DNA of 64,000 bases from Bacillota bacterium (GCA_029781825.1 JAKOVY010000020.1:24449-88448), one strand, 5' to 3'. Shown: positions 1 through 9,927, numbered from the stretch's first letter. Notes: a model not told the origin generated them from the letters alone. Translations and numbers: made by a program.

Positions 1-381
1 GCCGAATTCTAGCATATTGGTAATGCGCAGGATTTCCTCGGCTCGCTGCCTGATGGTTGTCTTCTTTAAACCGTACAGGCTTCCGAAGAAGTTGATGTTT
101 TCCATCACCGTCAGATCCCCGTAGAGACTGAAGCGCTGCGGCATATAACCCAGGCGCGACCGGTTGCTGTTATTGGGGTTTTCCTCACCAAAGAGGAGCA
201 CCTTCCCCTCATCCTGCTCAATCAGCCCGCAGATCATCCTGAGGAGCGTAGTCTTGCCCGCCCCATCCGGTCCCACCAACCCAAATATCTCATTTTTGTC
301 GACCTCGATGTCCACATGGTCGACCGCAACAATCGTCCCGAAGGACTTAGTGAGCTCGCAGGCTTTGATCATGGCTGTCAT
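1..381 (-). CDS. ABC transporter ATP-binding protein (N-terminal 127 aa; continues past window start)
   Basis: Own translation from ATG at 381: [50 protein letters not shown]..., with Walker A GPDGAGKT. The start overlaps the HlyD stop as ATGA (378-381). Absent from the ORF track because it is open at the window edge. Confidence 0.85.
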   Translation of the reverse strand, partial: MTAMIKACELTKSFGTIVAVDHVDIEVDKNEIFGLVGPDGAGKTTLLRMICGLIEQDEGKVLLFGEENPNNSNRSRLGYMPQRFSLYGDLTVMENINFFGSLYGLKKTTIRQRAEEILRITNMLEFG

Positions 382-1367
382 TCCCCGGGAAATATTACGT
401 CAGCCGGCATGCCCGGCTTAAGAATTCCTCCATGGTCTTCGTCAATACGGATCTTCACCCCGAAGACCACGTTGGTTCGTTCTTTCTTGGTCTGTATGGT
501 CTTGGGGGTGAACTCTCCTTTGGAGGCGATATCACTGACCGTCCCGGTGAAGGTCCTGGATTCCCCGCTGACCGTAAACGTCACCTTCTGGTTAAGCTTG
601 ACTGCGGGCAGGTCATCGGTAGGAATATAGACCTTGATCCAAAGATTGTTCATATCGGCGACCGTCAGCACGGAGGCTCCCGGCGTGACGTATTCCCCCG
701 GTTCGTAGTTCTTTTGGATTACCGTGCCTTTAAGTGGAGATCTTATCTGCAGGTCGTTGATCATGGCCTCGGTAGCCTTAAGCACCGCACGACATCTTTC
801 TACTTCCGCCCGAGCCGCCGATACTACCTCGGGACGATAGCCAGACTTCAGCATGCTGAGCCTGGCTTCAGCCGCTTTGAGTTTGTTCTGATCGACCTCC
901 GCAATCAACCGGAATCGCTCCAGTTCCTCACGGGAGATGGCCCCTTCTGCAAACAAGGCCTCCCGGCTCTTGAGCTCATCGGCTGATTTCTGGGCGGTGG
1001 CTCGAGCGATCGCCAGATTGGCTTCGGCTTCAGCGATCTCCTGCTCCCGGAATCCGGACAGCAGTTCCGCCAGTTGGGCTTCCGCCTTCAGGAGAGTCAT
1101 GGCATCCCGCTCCCTCTGCGCCAGCAGATCGGGGCGCGAGATCTCGGCTGCGATCTGGCCCTCTTGCAGCGTATCGCCTTCCTCGGCGGCAATGCTTTTG
1201 ATCACCCCGGCAACGGGTGCAGTTAAATCGACCGTGGTCGCTTCAATGGTTCCCGAAGCCTGAACGCCGCGCGTCCTCTGGTTCAAATACACCTGGTACC
1301 CATAATAAGAGCCGATCCCCAAACAAATAACCGCAATCAGAATCAAGGCCCTTTTGGCCTTATCCAT
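378..1367 (-). CDS. HlyD-family efflux/secretion adaptor (membrane fusion protein)
   Basis: ORF 378..1430 has one N-terminal TM, a long coiled-coil (AEAQLAELL..., [11 protein letters not shown]) and a C-terminal beta-barrel, typical of HlyD/MFP. Start re-set to ATG 1367 (MDKAKRAL...), preceded by GGGGAGGGA. The promoter/palindrome occupies the ORF-track N-terminus. Confidence 0.8.
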   Translation of the reverse strand: MDKAKRALILIAVICLGIGSYYGYQVYLNQRTRGVQASGTIEATTVDLTAPVAGVIKSIAAEEGDTLQEGQIAAEISRPDLLAQRERDAMTLLKAEAQLAELLSGFREQEIAEAEANLAIARATAQKSADELKSREALFAEGAISREELERFRLIAEVDQNKLKAAEARLSMLKSGYRPEVVSAARAEVERCRAVLKATEAMINDLQIRSPLKGTVIQKNYEPGEYVTPGASVLTVADMNNLWIKVYIPTDDLPAVKLNQKVTFTVSGESRTFTGTVSDIASKGEFTPKTIQTKKERTNVVFGVKIRIDEDHGGILKPGMPADVIFPGE

Positions 1368-1398
1368 CCAATCCCTCCCCGGTTCCGCTGTTACATAA

Positions 1399-1427
1399 AT
1401 TATAAAGCCCAGGTAAACTAATGACAA
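1399..1427 (-). promoter_or_regulatory. sigma-A-type promoter of the HlyD/ABC operon (TTGTCA-17-TATAAT)
   Basis: The minus strand reads TTGTCA (plus 1422-1427), a 17-nt spacer, then TATAAT (plus 1399-1404), about 30 nt upstream of the ATG at 1367. Confidence 0.5.
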
Positions 1428-1445
1428 CATTATAGTTTACCTGGG
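1408..1445. promoter_or_regulatory. Perfect 13-bp inverted repeat (candidate operator) overlapping the promoter
   Basis: CCCAGGTAAACTA (1408-1420) and TAGTTTACCTGGG (1433-1445) are exact reverse complements with a 12-nt spacer. Confidence 0.45.
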
Positions 1446-2008
1446 CGCATTACGATCACCGGTTTTGGCGGCAAACAGGCATTGCAGCCTCAGCATCGTC
1501 GACTATTGGTGTCACCCTTCTCCGATGACGACTTGTTCCCGGTTCAGCCAATCACTGTTTGTGGATGCCGAGTTCGCCCATGCAAGATCATACAGTCAGT
1601 ACTATCCTGTTACTAATTATTTATCGGCTTTTATGCCGACTTTAACAACCCGGCTTCCTTTGCTGACACCATTTTCGGTTGTGCGTGTTTGACCGACTTT
1701 TCTTTAAGCACGGACCTGCCCACGCGAGTCAAATAGTCAGATTTTTTGTGTTCGTTTGCAGTGACGGCATTAACGGGTGAATAATGGGATGTATGGTTAT
1801 CAATTCCATGCAGATGAATAATTTCCTTTTGCGGGCACTTATTCCCCAAAAATTCAAGATATTCATCCTATTATGGGTTTCTTCAATGCGAAACATTGGG
1901 AGTTAGAAGCATATACCCGTTCGAAGGGATAAAAAGATCCAATCGGCAGGACAATACAATGTGGTCTCTGTTCAATGAGCAGACGGATCAACAAGCTCTT
2001 TCTGCGCC

Positions 2009-2542
2009 CTAATACTCAATTCCCTTGCGAGCGGAATCTCCCCGGGAATGGTGATGCTTAATCTCAATAATCTCGCTCACTGTGTCCGCAAATTCTATTA
2101 TCTCCGCGGGGGCGTTTCTTCCGGTGAGGATCAGGTGTAGGCCTCTTCGCCGGTCATTTATCAGGGACAGGACGTCCGTAAGAGGAACCAGACGGTAATA
2201 AAGAGCGGTATTGATTTCGTCAAGAATGACCATATCGTTCTCCGGATCTTCCACCGCCTTCCTGGCTGCTTCCAAGCCCATCCGGGCCATTTCATATTCT
2301 AGGGGCTCGGGCTCTTCGAGATCTCCGAATTCCCCGGTACCAAACTGCGTTACGGTTAAACCCTCGAGCTGTGAAGCAACCCTGACCTCGCCGGAGTCAA
2401 CCTTTTTCAGGAACTGTATAACCTGCACCCTAAGCCCGTGACCCACGGCTCTCATGGCCTGGCCAAAAGCCGCCGTCGTCTTGCCCTTGCCGTGCCCGGT
2501 TATAACGATAACCAATCCTTTTTCCCCATCCAACGGTAACAT
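2009..2542 (-). CDS. cobO: cob(I)yrinic acid a,c-diamide adenosyltransferase (CobO/BtuR type)
   Basis: 177 aa with P-loop GHGKGKTTAAFG, VILDE, LILTGR and an EIKHH-type C-terminus. RBS AGGAGGTGG lies upstream. Confidence 0.85.
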   Translation of the reverse strand: MLPLDGEKGLVIVITGHGKGKTTAAFGQAMRAVGHGLRVQVIQFLKKVDSGEVRVASQLEGLTVTQFGTGEFGDLEEPEPLEYEMARMGLEAARKAVEDPENDMVILDEINTALYYRLVPLTDVLSLINDRRRGLHLILTGRNAPAEIIEFADTVSEIIEIKHHHSRGDSARKGIEY

Positions 2543-2882
2543 CCCCGATATCCACCTCCTAATCAGGCTCGGGGTGGCGGTTGATTCACGTTGGGAATAA
2601 GCTGCTCGGCGATGAATACAAGTGCACGAGTCGGCCCTCAGGTGCAGGGTCTTCGTCCCGTCTCGCGATCATGGATTTATAGATGAAAACGGCATTGTGT
2701 CTTTTCAATATGCTGTATATTGCCTGTCCTGGGAACACGCATTGTTCGATGAAACCGCCCGCCAAAAGGAGGCGGCCGCCGTCCGTACATAAACCAGAGG
2801 CCCCTAAGGATTCAACGATTGTCTCCGTTCATCATTGCGGACATCCCGGTGATAACAGGGCCATTCCCCAACGCCGATACAC

Positions 2883-4091
2883 TTACAGGTTGAAGGCGGC
2901 ATGAAGAGCATTAACCGCTCTCTCGATCTCATCCGCCGCTATAATACATGAGACCTTGATCTCCGAGGTGCTGATCATCTGGATGTTAATGCCCTCATCA
3001 GCCAGGGCGGCAAACATGGTAGCAGCCACCCCGGGGTTGCTCATCATTCCGGATCCCACGATGGAAACCTTGGCCAGGTCTTCACCATAGGCTGTTCCTG
3101 AGGCGCCGATTTCCCGGCAGACCCTCTCCACCACCGGCAAAGCTCGCGGCAGGTCATCCTTGGTAATCGTAAACGCTATATCATTGCGCTCATCGCGCAT
3201 GGCTGCCTGAACGATCATGTCAACATTTATGTTGGCATCAGCCAGAGCCTTAAATACGGCCCGCGCAATACCGGGCCGGTCAGGTACGTCAAACAGAGCC
3301 ACTTTGGCCACGTTCAGATCATGGGCCACTCCGCTTACAACTCGATTATTCTCCATCTTTTCTGCCTCCATTACCAGCGTGCCTGTTTCCAGTTTAAAAC
3401 TCGATCTCACCTGAACCTTGACTTTGTGCTGCATGGCGAATTCAACCGCCCGCGGCTGCAGAACTACGGCGCCCAGACTCGCCAGTTCCAGCATCTCATC
3501 ATACGATACGACATCCAGCTTGCTGGCGTTTTTCACGATCCGCGGATCGGCCGTAAAAACCCCGTCAACATCAGTATATATATCACAGATATCAGCTTTG
3601 AGCACAGCCGCCAGAGCTACCGCCGTAGTATCCGAACCGCCCCGGCCCAGCGTGGTCAGGTCCCCCTGGGGAGAAATGCCTTGATATCCGGCTACCACTA
3701 CTACCTTGCCCTGATTCAGCTCCTCTTTTATGCGGTCGGGTTTTATTTCCGTTATCCGCGCCCGGCAGTGAATCGAGTCGGTCATAATCCCGCTCTGCCA
3801 TCCTGTCAGCGATACGGCCGGGCATCCCATGCTGCAAAGAGTAATGGCCAACAGAGCCGCTGACTGCTGTTCCCCGGTGGTCAGAAGCATGTCCATCTCC
3901 CGGTCCGGTGGGTTGCTCCCGACCTGGTGCGCCAGGGCTATGAGTTCGTCGGTCAAATCGCCCATAGCCGAAACCACGACCACAACCTGATTCCCACGAT
4001 CACGCTCGCTTATCACCCGGGTAGCCACGTTTTTTATTCTCTCAGTATTCGCTACGGAACTCCCTCCGAATTTCTGTACAACCAGCCCCAT
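2883..4091 (-). CDS. lysC: aspartate kinase
   Basis: 402 aa starting MGLVVQKFGGSSVANTERI, with two C-terminal ACT repeats. It is the last gene of the hom-thrC-lysC string. Confidence 0.9.
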   Translation of the reverse strand: MGLVVQKFGGSSVANTERIKNVATRVISERDRGNQVVVVVSAMGDLTDELIALAHQVGSNPPDREMDMLLTTGEQQSAALLAITLCSMGCPAVSLTGWQSGIMTDSIHCRARITEIKPDRIKEELNQGKVVVVAGYQGISPQGDLTTLGRGGSDTTAVALAAVLKADICDIYTDVDGVFTADPRIVKNASKLDVVSYDEMLELASLGAVVLQPRAVEFAMQHKVKVQVRSSFKLETGTLVMEAEKMENNRVVSGVAHDLNVAKVALFDVPDRPGIARAVFKALADANINVDMIVQAAMRDERNDIAFTITKDDLPRALPVVERVCREIGASGTAYGEDLAKVSIVGSGMMSNPGVAATMFAALADEGINIQMISTSEIKVSCIIAADEIERAVNALHAAFNL

Positions 4092-4145
4092 CCTACTGCT
4101 TCACTCCTTCGTTTTGTACAACGTTTATCCCATAAAAGGTCTGTT

Positions 4146-5210
4146 CTAACCAAAGATCGCCTTGAGCACCGTAGCTTCATCCGCGGGAACAACATCCGGG
4201 GTTATGGCTGCGGTTTTTATCGCATTGTCCGGGTCCTTCAAACCATGCCCGGTATTTATGCATACAATTTTATCATCCGGTTTGAACTGTCCGGTTTTGC
4301 TGAGCTTTAAAATACCGGCCACGGAAGCCGCCGATGCCGGTTCCACAAAAAGGCCTTCTTTTCTGGCCACCAGCCGGTAAGCTTCCAGGATCTCATCGTC
4401 CGTAACCATCGAAATCGAGCCGCCCGAATCCTGGTAGGCTTTTACCGCCTGTTTCCAGCTGGCGGGGTTGCCGATGCGGATAGCGGTGGCCACGGTTTCC
4501 GGATTGGGCACCACCTCACCCCGGACTATCGGGGCCGCGCCTTCGGCTTGGAAGCCGAGCATGCGAGGCCGGTTTTCAACCATACCCCGCTCATGGTATT
4601 CGCAAAAACCCTTCCAGTAGGCGGTTATATTGCCCGCGTTCCCTACCGGAATTGCCAGGTAATCCGGAGCTCGCCCCAGCCGGTCGCAAATCTCAAATGC
4701 TCCCGTCTTCTGTCCTTCTATCCGGAAGGGGTTAATGGAATTGACCAGAGTTACCGGGTACTTGGAGGTAATGTTCCTCACGATGGTCAGGGCTTCATCA
4801 AAGTTGCCGTTTACCGCCAGTACCTGGGCTCCATATATCAAAGCCTGGGCCAGTTTGCCCAGGGCAATCTTGCCTTCAGGTATCAAGACCACGCATCGCA
4901 TACCGCAGCGGGCAGCATAAGCCGCAGCCGAAGCGGAAGTGTTGCCGGTTGAGGCGCACATAACCACCTGGGCGCCGTCCTCCCGGGCTTTGCTCATGGC
5001 CATGGCCATTCCCCGGTCCTTAAAGGATCCGGTGGGATTGGCACCTTCAAACTTCAGGTAAACCTCGGCCCCAACCATGTCTGACAAATTGGGGGCAAAT
5101 ATAAGAGGGGTATTCCCTTCCTGCAGCGAAACCACCGGGGTTTTTTCAGTGACGGGAAGGAAATCGCGGTATTCTTCAACAATTCCTCGCCATCCGGCCT
5201 TATGCTCCAT
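4146..5210 (-). CDS. thrC: threonine synthase
   Basis: 354 aa with the PLP-lysine motif [10 protein letters not shown]. Its start overlaps the hom stop by 11 nt. Confidence 0.9.
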   Translation of the reverse strand: MEHKAGWRGIVEEYRDFLPVTEKTPVVSLQEGNTPLIFAPNLSDMVGAEVYLKFEGANPTGSFKDRGMAMAMSKAREDGAQVVMCASTGNTSASAAAYAARCGMRCVVLIPEGKIALGKLAQALIYGAQVLAVNGNFDEALTIVRNITSKYPVTLVNSINPFRIEGQKTGAFEICDRLGRAPDYLAIPVGNAGNITAYWKGFCEYHERGMVENRPRMLGFQAEGAAPIVRGEVVPNPETVATAIRIGNPASWKQAVKAYQDSGGSISMVTDDEILEAYRLVARKEGLFVEPASAASVAGILKLSKTGQFKPDDKIVCINTGHGLKDPDNAIKTAAITPDVVPADEATVLKAIFG

Positions 5211-6492
5211 AGTCTTCCACTCCTTCGAGTCTGATTACATTTTCCACAGCCCCAACGATACTCATTCCGTTCAAAACAGTCAAGGCGTCGCGAAGATTTG
5301 ACTCCTGTACTTCATGGGTGATGAAGACCAGGTGAGCAAATCCATTATAGGTATCCTTCTGCAAAACGGTGGCCAGACTGACCTCATGATTTCCCATCAC
5401 ACCGGCGATGCCCGCCAGTACTCCGGGACGGTCCTTGGCCAGCATGCGGATATAGAACTTTGCCCGCTGGCTGCTGGTGGGTATGACGCTTTTCTCTTCA
5501 TAGCAGGTGCAGGTAAGGCGCCCGGTATCGTTGCGCTGAATATTTCGCACGATTTCCATCAGATCCCCGACTACCGCGCTGGCCGTTGGCATCTGCCCGG
5601 CACCGCGACCGTAAAACATCAGGTCGTCTACCGCGTCTCCGCGCACAAAAACGGCATTATAAACCCCGCTGACCGCCGCCAGAGGATGATCCTGCGGTAT
5701 AAATGCCGGATGCACCCGGACCAGTATGCCGTCCTCCTCCTCTTTGGCTATGGCCAAAAGTTTAATCTCGTAACCCAGTTCCCGCCCGTATTTGATATCC
5801 AAGGGGGTAATCCTGGTGATTCCCTCCACATATACCTCCTCAAAAGTAACCCGGCTGTTGAAAGCAATCGAAGCCAGTATCGCTATTTTGCGAGCGGCAT
5901 CAAAGCCCTCCACGTCAGATGTCGGGTCAGCTTCGGCATAACCCAAAGCCTGGGCCTCTTGCAGGACCTTTTCGTAAGGCTGTCCCTCCCGGGACATCTT
6001 GGTCAGAATGTAGTTGGTGGTACCGTTCAGTATGCCGATAACTTCCTTGATCCGGTTGCCGGCCAGGGACTGCTTCAGGGGAAACACGATGGGAATGCCC
6101 CCGCCGACGCTGGCCTCGAAGTAGAAATCAACACCGTTTTCGGCCGCGGTATCAAAAATCTCCCGGCCATGGCTGGCGATCAGGTCCTTATTGGCTGATA
6201 CCACACCTTTGCCATGGCGGAGTGCCTGAAGAATATATGTTTTCGCCGGTTCGATCCCGCCGATCAGCTCGACAACTAAGTGGATGTCTTCACTCAGAAT
6301 CTCATCCATGCTCTCGGCAATAATTTCATCTCCCAGACCCAGGGCATAGACCTTGGAACGGTCCAATTCCAGAATTTTTTTGATGACGATCTCCTGACCG
6401 ATTCGCTGGGCGATAATGTCCTTGTTTTCTGCCAGCAGTTTTACTACCCCGCTGCCTACGGTGCCGCATCCGAGTAATCCAACATTAATCAT
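5200..6492 (-). CDS. hom: homoserine dehydrogenase
   Basis: 430 aa with N-terminal Rossmann [12 protein letters not shown], a catalytic domain and a C-terminal ACT domain. Confidence 0.9.
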   Translation of the reverse strand: MINVGLLGCGTVGSGVVKLLAENKDIIAQRIGQEIVIKKILELDRSKVYALGLGDEIIAESMDEILSEDIHLVVELIGGIEPAKTYILQALRHGKGVVSANKDLIASHGREIFDTAAENGVDFYFEASVGGGIPIVFPLKQSLAGNRIKEVIGILNGTTNYILTKMSREGQPYEKVLQEAQALGYAEADPTSDVEGFDAARKIAILASIAFNSRVTFEEVYVEGITRITPLDIKYGRELGYEIKLLAIAKEEEDGILVRVHPAFIPQDHPLAAVSGVYNAVFVRGDAVDDLMFYGRGAGQMPTASAVVGDLMEIVRNIQRNDTGRLTCTCYEEKSVIPTSSQRAKFYIRMLAKDRPGVLAGIAGVMGNHEVSLATVLQKDTYNGFAHLVFITHEVQESNLRDALTVLNGMSIVGAVENVIRLEGVEDYGA

Positions 6493-6503
6493 ATCTCATC
6501 CTC

Positions 6504-6947
6504 CTAGCTTCTACCTATGAGTTCAGATTGCAGTACCCCGTCAATGGCGTCCAGCCCTGCCAACAATTCATCCACGCCAATGCGCAGGTCTTCCACATCA
6601 ACCGATATGGTCACGTTCGCCATGCCGCGCAGAGGCAGGCTCTGGTTGATGGTCAGGATGTTCCCCGACTGGGAGGCCACATAATTCAACACCCTGGACA
6701 ATACACCGGCTTCATGCCTCAATTCCAGAGAAAGGGTGATAATGCTCATGGTTCGGGTATCCAGGAAGGAGAAAACCCCATCCCGGTACTTGTAAAAGGT
6801 GCTGCGCGGAATCCCCACCTGTTCCAGGACCTCCGCCACCGGTACCGAACCCCGCTGCGCGATAAGCTCCTTGGCCCGGGCCGTCTTTAGAATGGCTTCG
6901 GGAAGAATATCCTCTCTCACCAGATAAAACTTCTTTTCCTTCTTCAA
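6504..6947 (-). CDS. ACT domain-containing protein (UPF0735/PheB-like)
   Basis: 147 aa with an N-terminal HTH-like segment (IPRSTFYKYRD) followed by an ACT fold. It is the first gene of the hom operon, as in many Firmicutes. Confidence 0.7.
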   Translation of the reverse strand: MKKEKKFYLVREDILPEAILKTARAKELIAQRGSVPVAEVLEQVGIPRSTFYKYRDGVFSFLDTRTMSIITLSLELRHEAGVLSRVLNYVASQSGNILTINQSLPLRGMANVTISVDVEDLRIGVDELLAGLDAIDGVLQSELIGRS

Positions 6948-6984
6948 GCCTATCCCCGCTGTCTATCCACCGTGGATTTTATTC

Positions 6985-7013
6985 TACACCCGGTGGACAT
7001 TATAGCACAGAAA
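6985..7013 (-). promoter_or_regulatory. possible sigma-A promoter of the ACT-hom-thrC-lysC operon (extended -10 TGCTATAAT)
   Basis: The minus strand reads TTACGT, 17 nt, TATAAT with TG at -15/-14. It is followed by leader hairpin TCCACCG...CGGTGGA before the RBS. The -35 element is weak. Confidence 0.35.
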
Positions 7014-7240
7014 TCTGCCGCACGTAAGCATTTTTTCGACGCGTAAACAGTTCGGGTTCACATTCCCGCCAAAACGCGCGGTTTCTCCGCAGAGCGGACG
7101 CTGGAACCGAGCACTGCGCTCCGTGAAGTAAAGGACCAACCAAGCGAAGATCGCGAGCCCGCCTCGGAAACATGGAGGTGCCGGATGTGACTGACTGTGC
7201 CAATGGGGTCCTTACCACCGGTAGGGTCCAATACATAACG

Positions 7241-7274
7241 AAGGCGGGCGGATTAGCGCCGTCCCGCCCGCCTT
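7241..7274 (-). terminator. GC-rich hairpin downstream of the DUF1232 gene (weak U-tract)
   Basis: AAGGCGGGCGG (7241-7251) pairs with CCGCCCGCCTT (7264-7274): an 11-bp stem and 12-nt loop, 20 nt after the stop at 7295. Confidence 0.5.
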
Positions 7275-7294
7275 GATAACATCAAATCGCCGGC

Positions 7295-7717
7295 TCAGTC
7301 CTCGTGGACGTAATACTTGACATCGATGACATCGTCCCGATAGCCGGAGCCTTTTACAATCCGTTCATAAATGGAAGAAGGAAGAAAAGAGGAAGCCTGC
7401 TTCAAAACTCGATGGGCCAAATCGGAGAGGCTCTGCTGGTCCTTCCACCCGTCCCGGAAAACGGAGTGTCCAACCTGCTGCATTATGGTCAGGATTACCA
7501 TCGCCAGAAGGAGTATATCGTCAACCTGCCCCGTAAACGGAATCAAGTCCGGTATAAGATCCAGGGGTGACAACACATAAAGAATGGTTCCCAACAACAT
7601 AATCTTTTGGTTTAAGCTTATCCTGCGGTCACCCATCGTTTTAACCAGCAGGCGGAGGAGCCTGGGTATCAGCGCAATGGCTTCCTTCAACAGGGTTTTG
7701 GATTGTTGGTTTCTCAT
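7295..7717 (-). CDS. DUF1232 (YkvA-family) membrane protein
   Basis: 140 aa with the motif LSPLDLIPDLIPFTGQVDDILL, characteristic of DUF1232 (family recalled from memory). Confidence 0.65.
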   Translation of the reverse strand: MRNQQSKTLLKEAIALIPRLLRLLVKTMGDRRISLNQKIMLLGTILYVLSPLDLIPDLIPFTGQVDDILLLAMVILTIMQQVGHSVFRDGWKDQQSLSDLAHRVLKQASSFLPSSIYERIVKGSGYRDDVIDVKYYVHED

Positions 7718-7809
7718 ATCATCACCCGTGCTGCAAAAGTGGGACCGAGGTCCCCTATGTACACCCTCTTATGCTGTAAAATTCCCTCACCATTATATCA
7801 TGATACCCT

Positions 7810-8250
7810 TCAGTCTTCGTAAAACACGAAAGCGTAATACCGTAGGCCTTTGGGAGTCATAAGGGCAAAGGTTCGGATGAAATCTATCTTATAGTCAACA
7901 TTCTTAGCTTGACACATAACGCTGGAAAAGTCATCAAGGTCCTTGGTCAGGTCATCCGGGCGCCGCTGCTCCAAAAGCAGGCAATTCTGGCGGAAAAACT
8001 TCATCTGTTCCTCGACCACCAGTCCAAGGTAGTACTGTCGATCGATACGGTCCCATTCAAGCATAGTTACATCCAATACCTTGCACTGAGTGTCCATTAT
8101 ATAGGTGTTGATCTGCTTCTCGAATTGCACATCCTTGTTTTTCAGGAAAACCAGTCTTCTCGCCTGGCCCACATCCATCACCTGCATAATGTTACTATGT
8201 TCTAATGTAATCTTCTTCTTACCAACAAATAATTCCTCCATAGGAATCAT
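7810..8250 (-). CDS. hypothetical protein (about 146 aa)
   Basis: ORF 7810..8301, but the spoIVA terminator lies inside its first 17 codons. Start moved to ATG 8250 (or 8241). No family recognised. Confidence 0.45.
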   Translation of the reverse strand: MIPMEELFVGKKKITLEHSNIMQVMDVGQARRLVFLKNKDVQFEKQINTYIMDTQCKVLDVTMLEWDRIDRQYYLGLVVEEQMKFFRQNCLLLEQRRPDDLTKDLDDFSSVMCQAKNVDYKIDFIRTFALMTPKGLRYYAFVFYED

Positions 8251-8256
8251 GTAGGG

Positions 8257-8283
8257 GAAAACAAAAGCCGGCGTCAAGCCGGC
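8257..8283 (-). terminator. rho-independent terminator of spoIVA
   Basis: The minus strand reads GCCGGCTTGACGCCGGC followed by TTTTGTTTTC, about 40 nt after the spoIVA stop. Confidence 0.7.
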
Positions 8284-8324
8284 ATTTATAATGAAGAACA
8301 TCTATTGCGCAGTGGGTGCTGCCA

Positions 8325-9803
8325 TCAGATAATGATGCAGATGAGTCCTCCGCTAACGTCATTAACGATACGGCTAACTGTTTCTGAGAGTTTACGCTGG
8401 ACGTTTTCGGGCATCCCGTGAAGCTTATTCTGTATGCCTTCCCTCACCAGGTCATGCAGGGACTTGCCGAAGATATTGGACTCCCAAATCTTCTGCGGGT
8501 TTTCCTCGAATTCGTCGAGCATGTAGCGGACCAGTTCCTGGGTTTGTTTCTCAGTCCCGATTATCGGGGTAATCTCCGTGGAGATGTCGGCTCGAATTAT
8601 ATGAAGCGAAGGAGCTTTCGCCTTTAGGCGTACTCCGAAACGGCTTCCCTGCCGTATTAACTCGGGCTCTTCCAGGAACATATCCTCCAGACTCGGTGCC
8701 ACCACCCCGTACCCGGTAGCTTTGACATCCTCAAGCGCGGAAGATACTTTGTCGTAAGCCTTCTTCGCCACCGCCAGCTCCCGCATCAGCCGCATGACAT
8801 CCCAGTCTCCCTGCACATCAAAACCGCTTATTTCGCTCAGCACCTGGTAGTATACTTCTTCGGGAACTGCGAGGTCGATTGAAGCTATCCCGGTACCAAG
8901 GTTCATCTCCTTTATGGTCACCAGGCTGATGTATTCGATATCAGCCAATTTATTCATGGCCGTATCAATATCCCGGACCTTCCTTACATCTTCCAGGATT
9001 CCCCGAATGGAACCCTCAATCCTGCTGCGGAGCCAGAAGTCTTCTTCAACCTCGTCAACCCATTTGGGCAGACTGATATTGACCTCCTGCACGGGGAATT
9101 CATAGAGGGCTTCCTCCAGGACTTGATAGACGTCTTCCTTGGACATCTGCTGACAATCAAGCGGAATAACGGTTACCCCGTATGTAACGGACAACTCCTC
9201 AGCCAGCTCGTGTACTTCTTCCGTATAAGGCCGAGTGGAGTTAAGTATAACAACAAAGGGCTTCTGCAGTTGCTGAAGCTCCCTGATTACTCTTTCCTCA
9301 GCCTCCAGATAGTTTGCTCGAGGGATATCGCATATAGACCCATCGGTAACTACTACCAGGCCTATGGTGGAGTGATCCTCGATAACCTTTCGGGTTCCGA
9401 TCTCCGCGGCTTCTTCAAACGGGATCTCGTATTCGAACCAGGGGGTGCGTACCATACGGGGTTCTTCGTCCTCTTCGTACCCGAGCGCTCCCGGAACGGC
9501 GTAACCGACGCAGTCAACAACCCGAAACCTGGCCTTCAAGCCGTTCTTTATGCTGATCTCGACGGCCTCGTTCGGTACAAATTTCGGTTCGGTTGTCGTT
9601 ATTGTTCGCCCGGCTCCACTAAGGGGCAGCTCATCCTTGGCCCTTTCCCTCTCATAATAGTCTTCGATGCCGGGAATGACCATAAGTTCCATAAACCGTT
9701 TAATGAAAGTGGATTTCCCTGTACGAACCGGTCCAACAACCCCCAGATAAATATCGCCGCCAGTTCTTTCGGCGATATCTCTCAAGATGTTGTTTCCCTC
9801 CAC
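8325..9803 (-). CDS. spoIVA: stage IV sporulation protein A
   Basis: Contains ILRDIAERTGGDIYLGVVGPVRTGKSTFIKRFMEL (Walker A ATPase) and C-terminus GGLICIII. Start re-set to GTG 9803, 7 nt after GAGGAGGGA, giving 492 aa, the canonical SpoIVA length. Confidence 0.9.
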   Translation of the reverse strand: MEGNNILRDIAERTGGDIYLGVVGPVRTGKSTFIKRFMELMVIPGIEDYYERERAKDELPLSGAGRTITTTEPKFVPNEAVEISIKNGLKARFRVVDCVGYAVPGALGYEEDEEPRMVRTPWFEYEIPFEEAAEIGTRKVIEDHSTIGLVVVTDGSICDIPRANYLEAEERVIRELQQLQKPFVVILNSTRPYTEEVHELAEELSVTYGVTVIPLDCQQMSKEDVYQVLEEALYEFPVQEVNISLPKWVDEVEEDFWLRSRIEGSIRGILEDVRKVRDIDTAMNKLADIEYISLVTIKEMNLGTGIASIDLAVPEEVYYQVLSEISGFDVQGDWDVMRLMRELAVAKKAYDKVSSALEDVKATGYGVVAPSLEDMFLEEPELIRQGSRFGVRLKAKAPSLHIIRADISTEITPIIGTEKQTQELVRYMLDEFEENPQKIWESNIFGKSLHDLVREGIQNKLHGMPENVQRKLSETVSRIVNDVSGGLICIII

Positions 9804-9898
9804 TGTAATTCCCTCCTCGGTTAAATCTCTTAAAGAAGCTTCCCTCTCCTGCAGGCGACCTTGCCTATTTTTATGCAACTTATCTCGTTAACAGTACA

Positions 9899-9927
9899 AA
9901 TATATGGAGCAAAATAGATTAATATTA
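9899..9927 (-). promoter_or_regulatory. candidate sigma-E (mother-cell) promoter of spoIVA
   Basis: The minus strand reads TAATATT, 14 nt, CATATATT, against consensus kmATATT / CATACAnT. It lies about 95 nt upstream of GTG 9803. Confidence 0.4.

Noticed and set aside
1465-2008. Small ORFs (1465..1692 plus strand, 1631..1849 minus strand) and frame fragments such as EYLEFLGNKCPQKEIIHLHGIDNH and IVLPIGSFYPFERV.
   Set aside because: There are no RBSs, stops occur in all frames within about 70 codons, and no family is recognised. At most these are decayed gene remnants, and that is not supportable without BLASTX.
2543-2882. A possible cobalamin riboswitch in the 340-bp spacer upstream of cobO, plus a CCACC/GGTGG pairing that could sequester the cobO RBS.
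   Set aside because: On the minus strand I could not find the B12 box (GCCACTG-like in context), AGGGAA...GGTGAAATCC or the AGCCAGGAGACCTGCC core in the right order. The SD-pairing stem is only 5 bp. Needs cmscan before any claim.
5314-6198. Long ORFs antisense to conserved genes. Examples: 5314..6198, 9123..9824, 17203..17964, 25013..25795, 28533..29321, 52507..53286 and 57466..58422.
   Set aside because: Each lies entirely opposite a well-supported conserved gene (hom, spoIVA, DUF1614, CoA-transferase, ispH-rpsA, livG, scpA). They have Arg/Pro/Ser/Gly-rich low-complexity composition typical of shadow frames in GC-rich DNA, and they lack RBSs.
7053-7070. tRNA T-arm-like strings CGGGTTCACATTCCCGCC (7053-7070) and GGGTTTGAATCCC (56605-56617).
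   Set aside because: The flanks cannot form an acceptor, D or anticodon arm, and the loop and stem lengths are wrong. These are not tRNA or tmRNA genes.
6948-7230. A T-box, lysine (L-box) or SAM (S-box) riboswitch upstream of the ACT-hom-thrC-lysC operon.
   Set aside because: The leader after the putative promoter is only about 40 nt. The upstream 220 bp lacks the T-box 14-mer, AGAGGTGC/GCCGAAG (L-box) and GAGGGA...GCAACC (S-box) cores.
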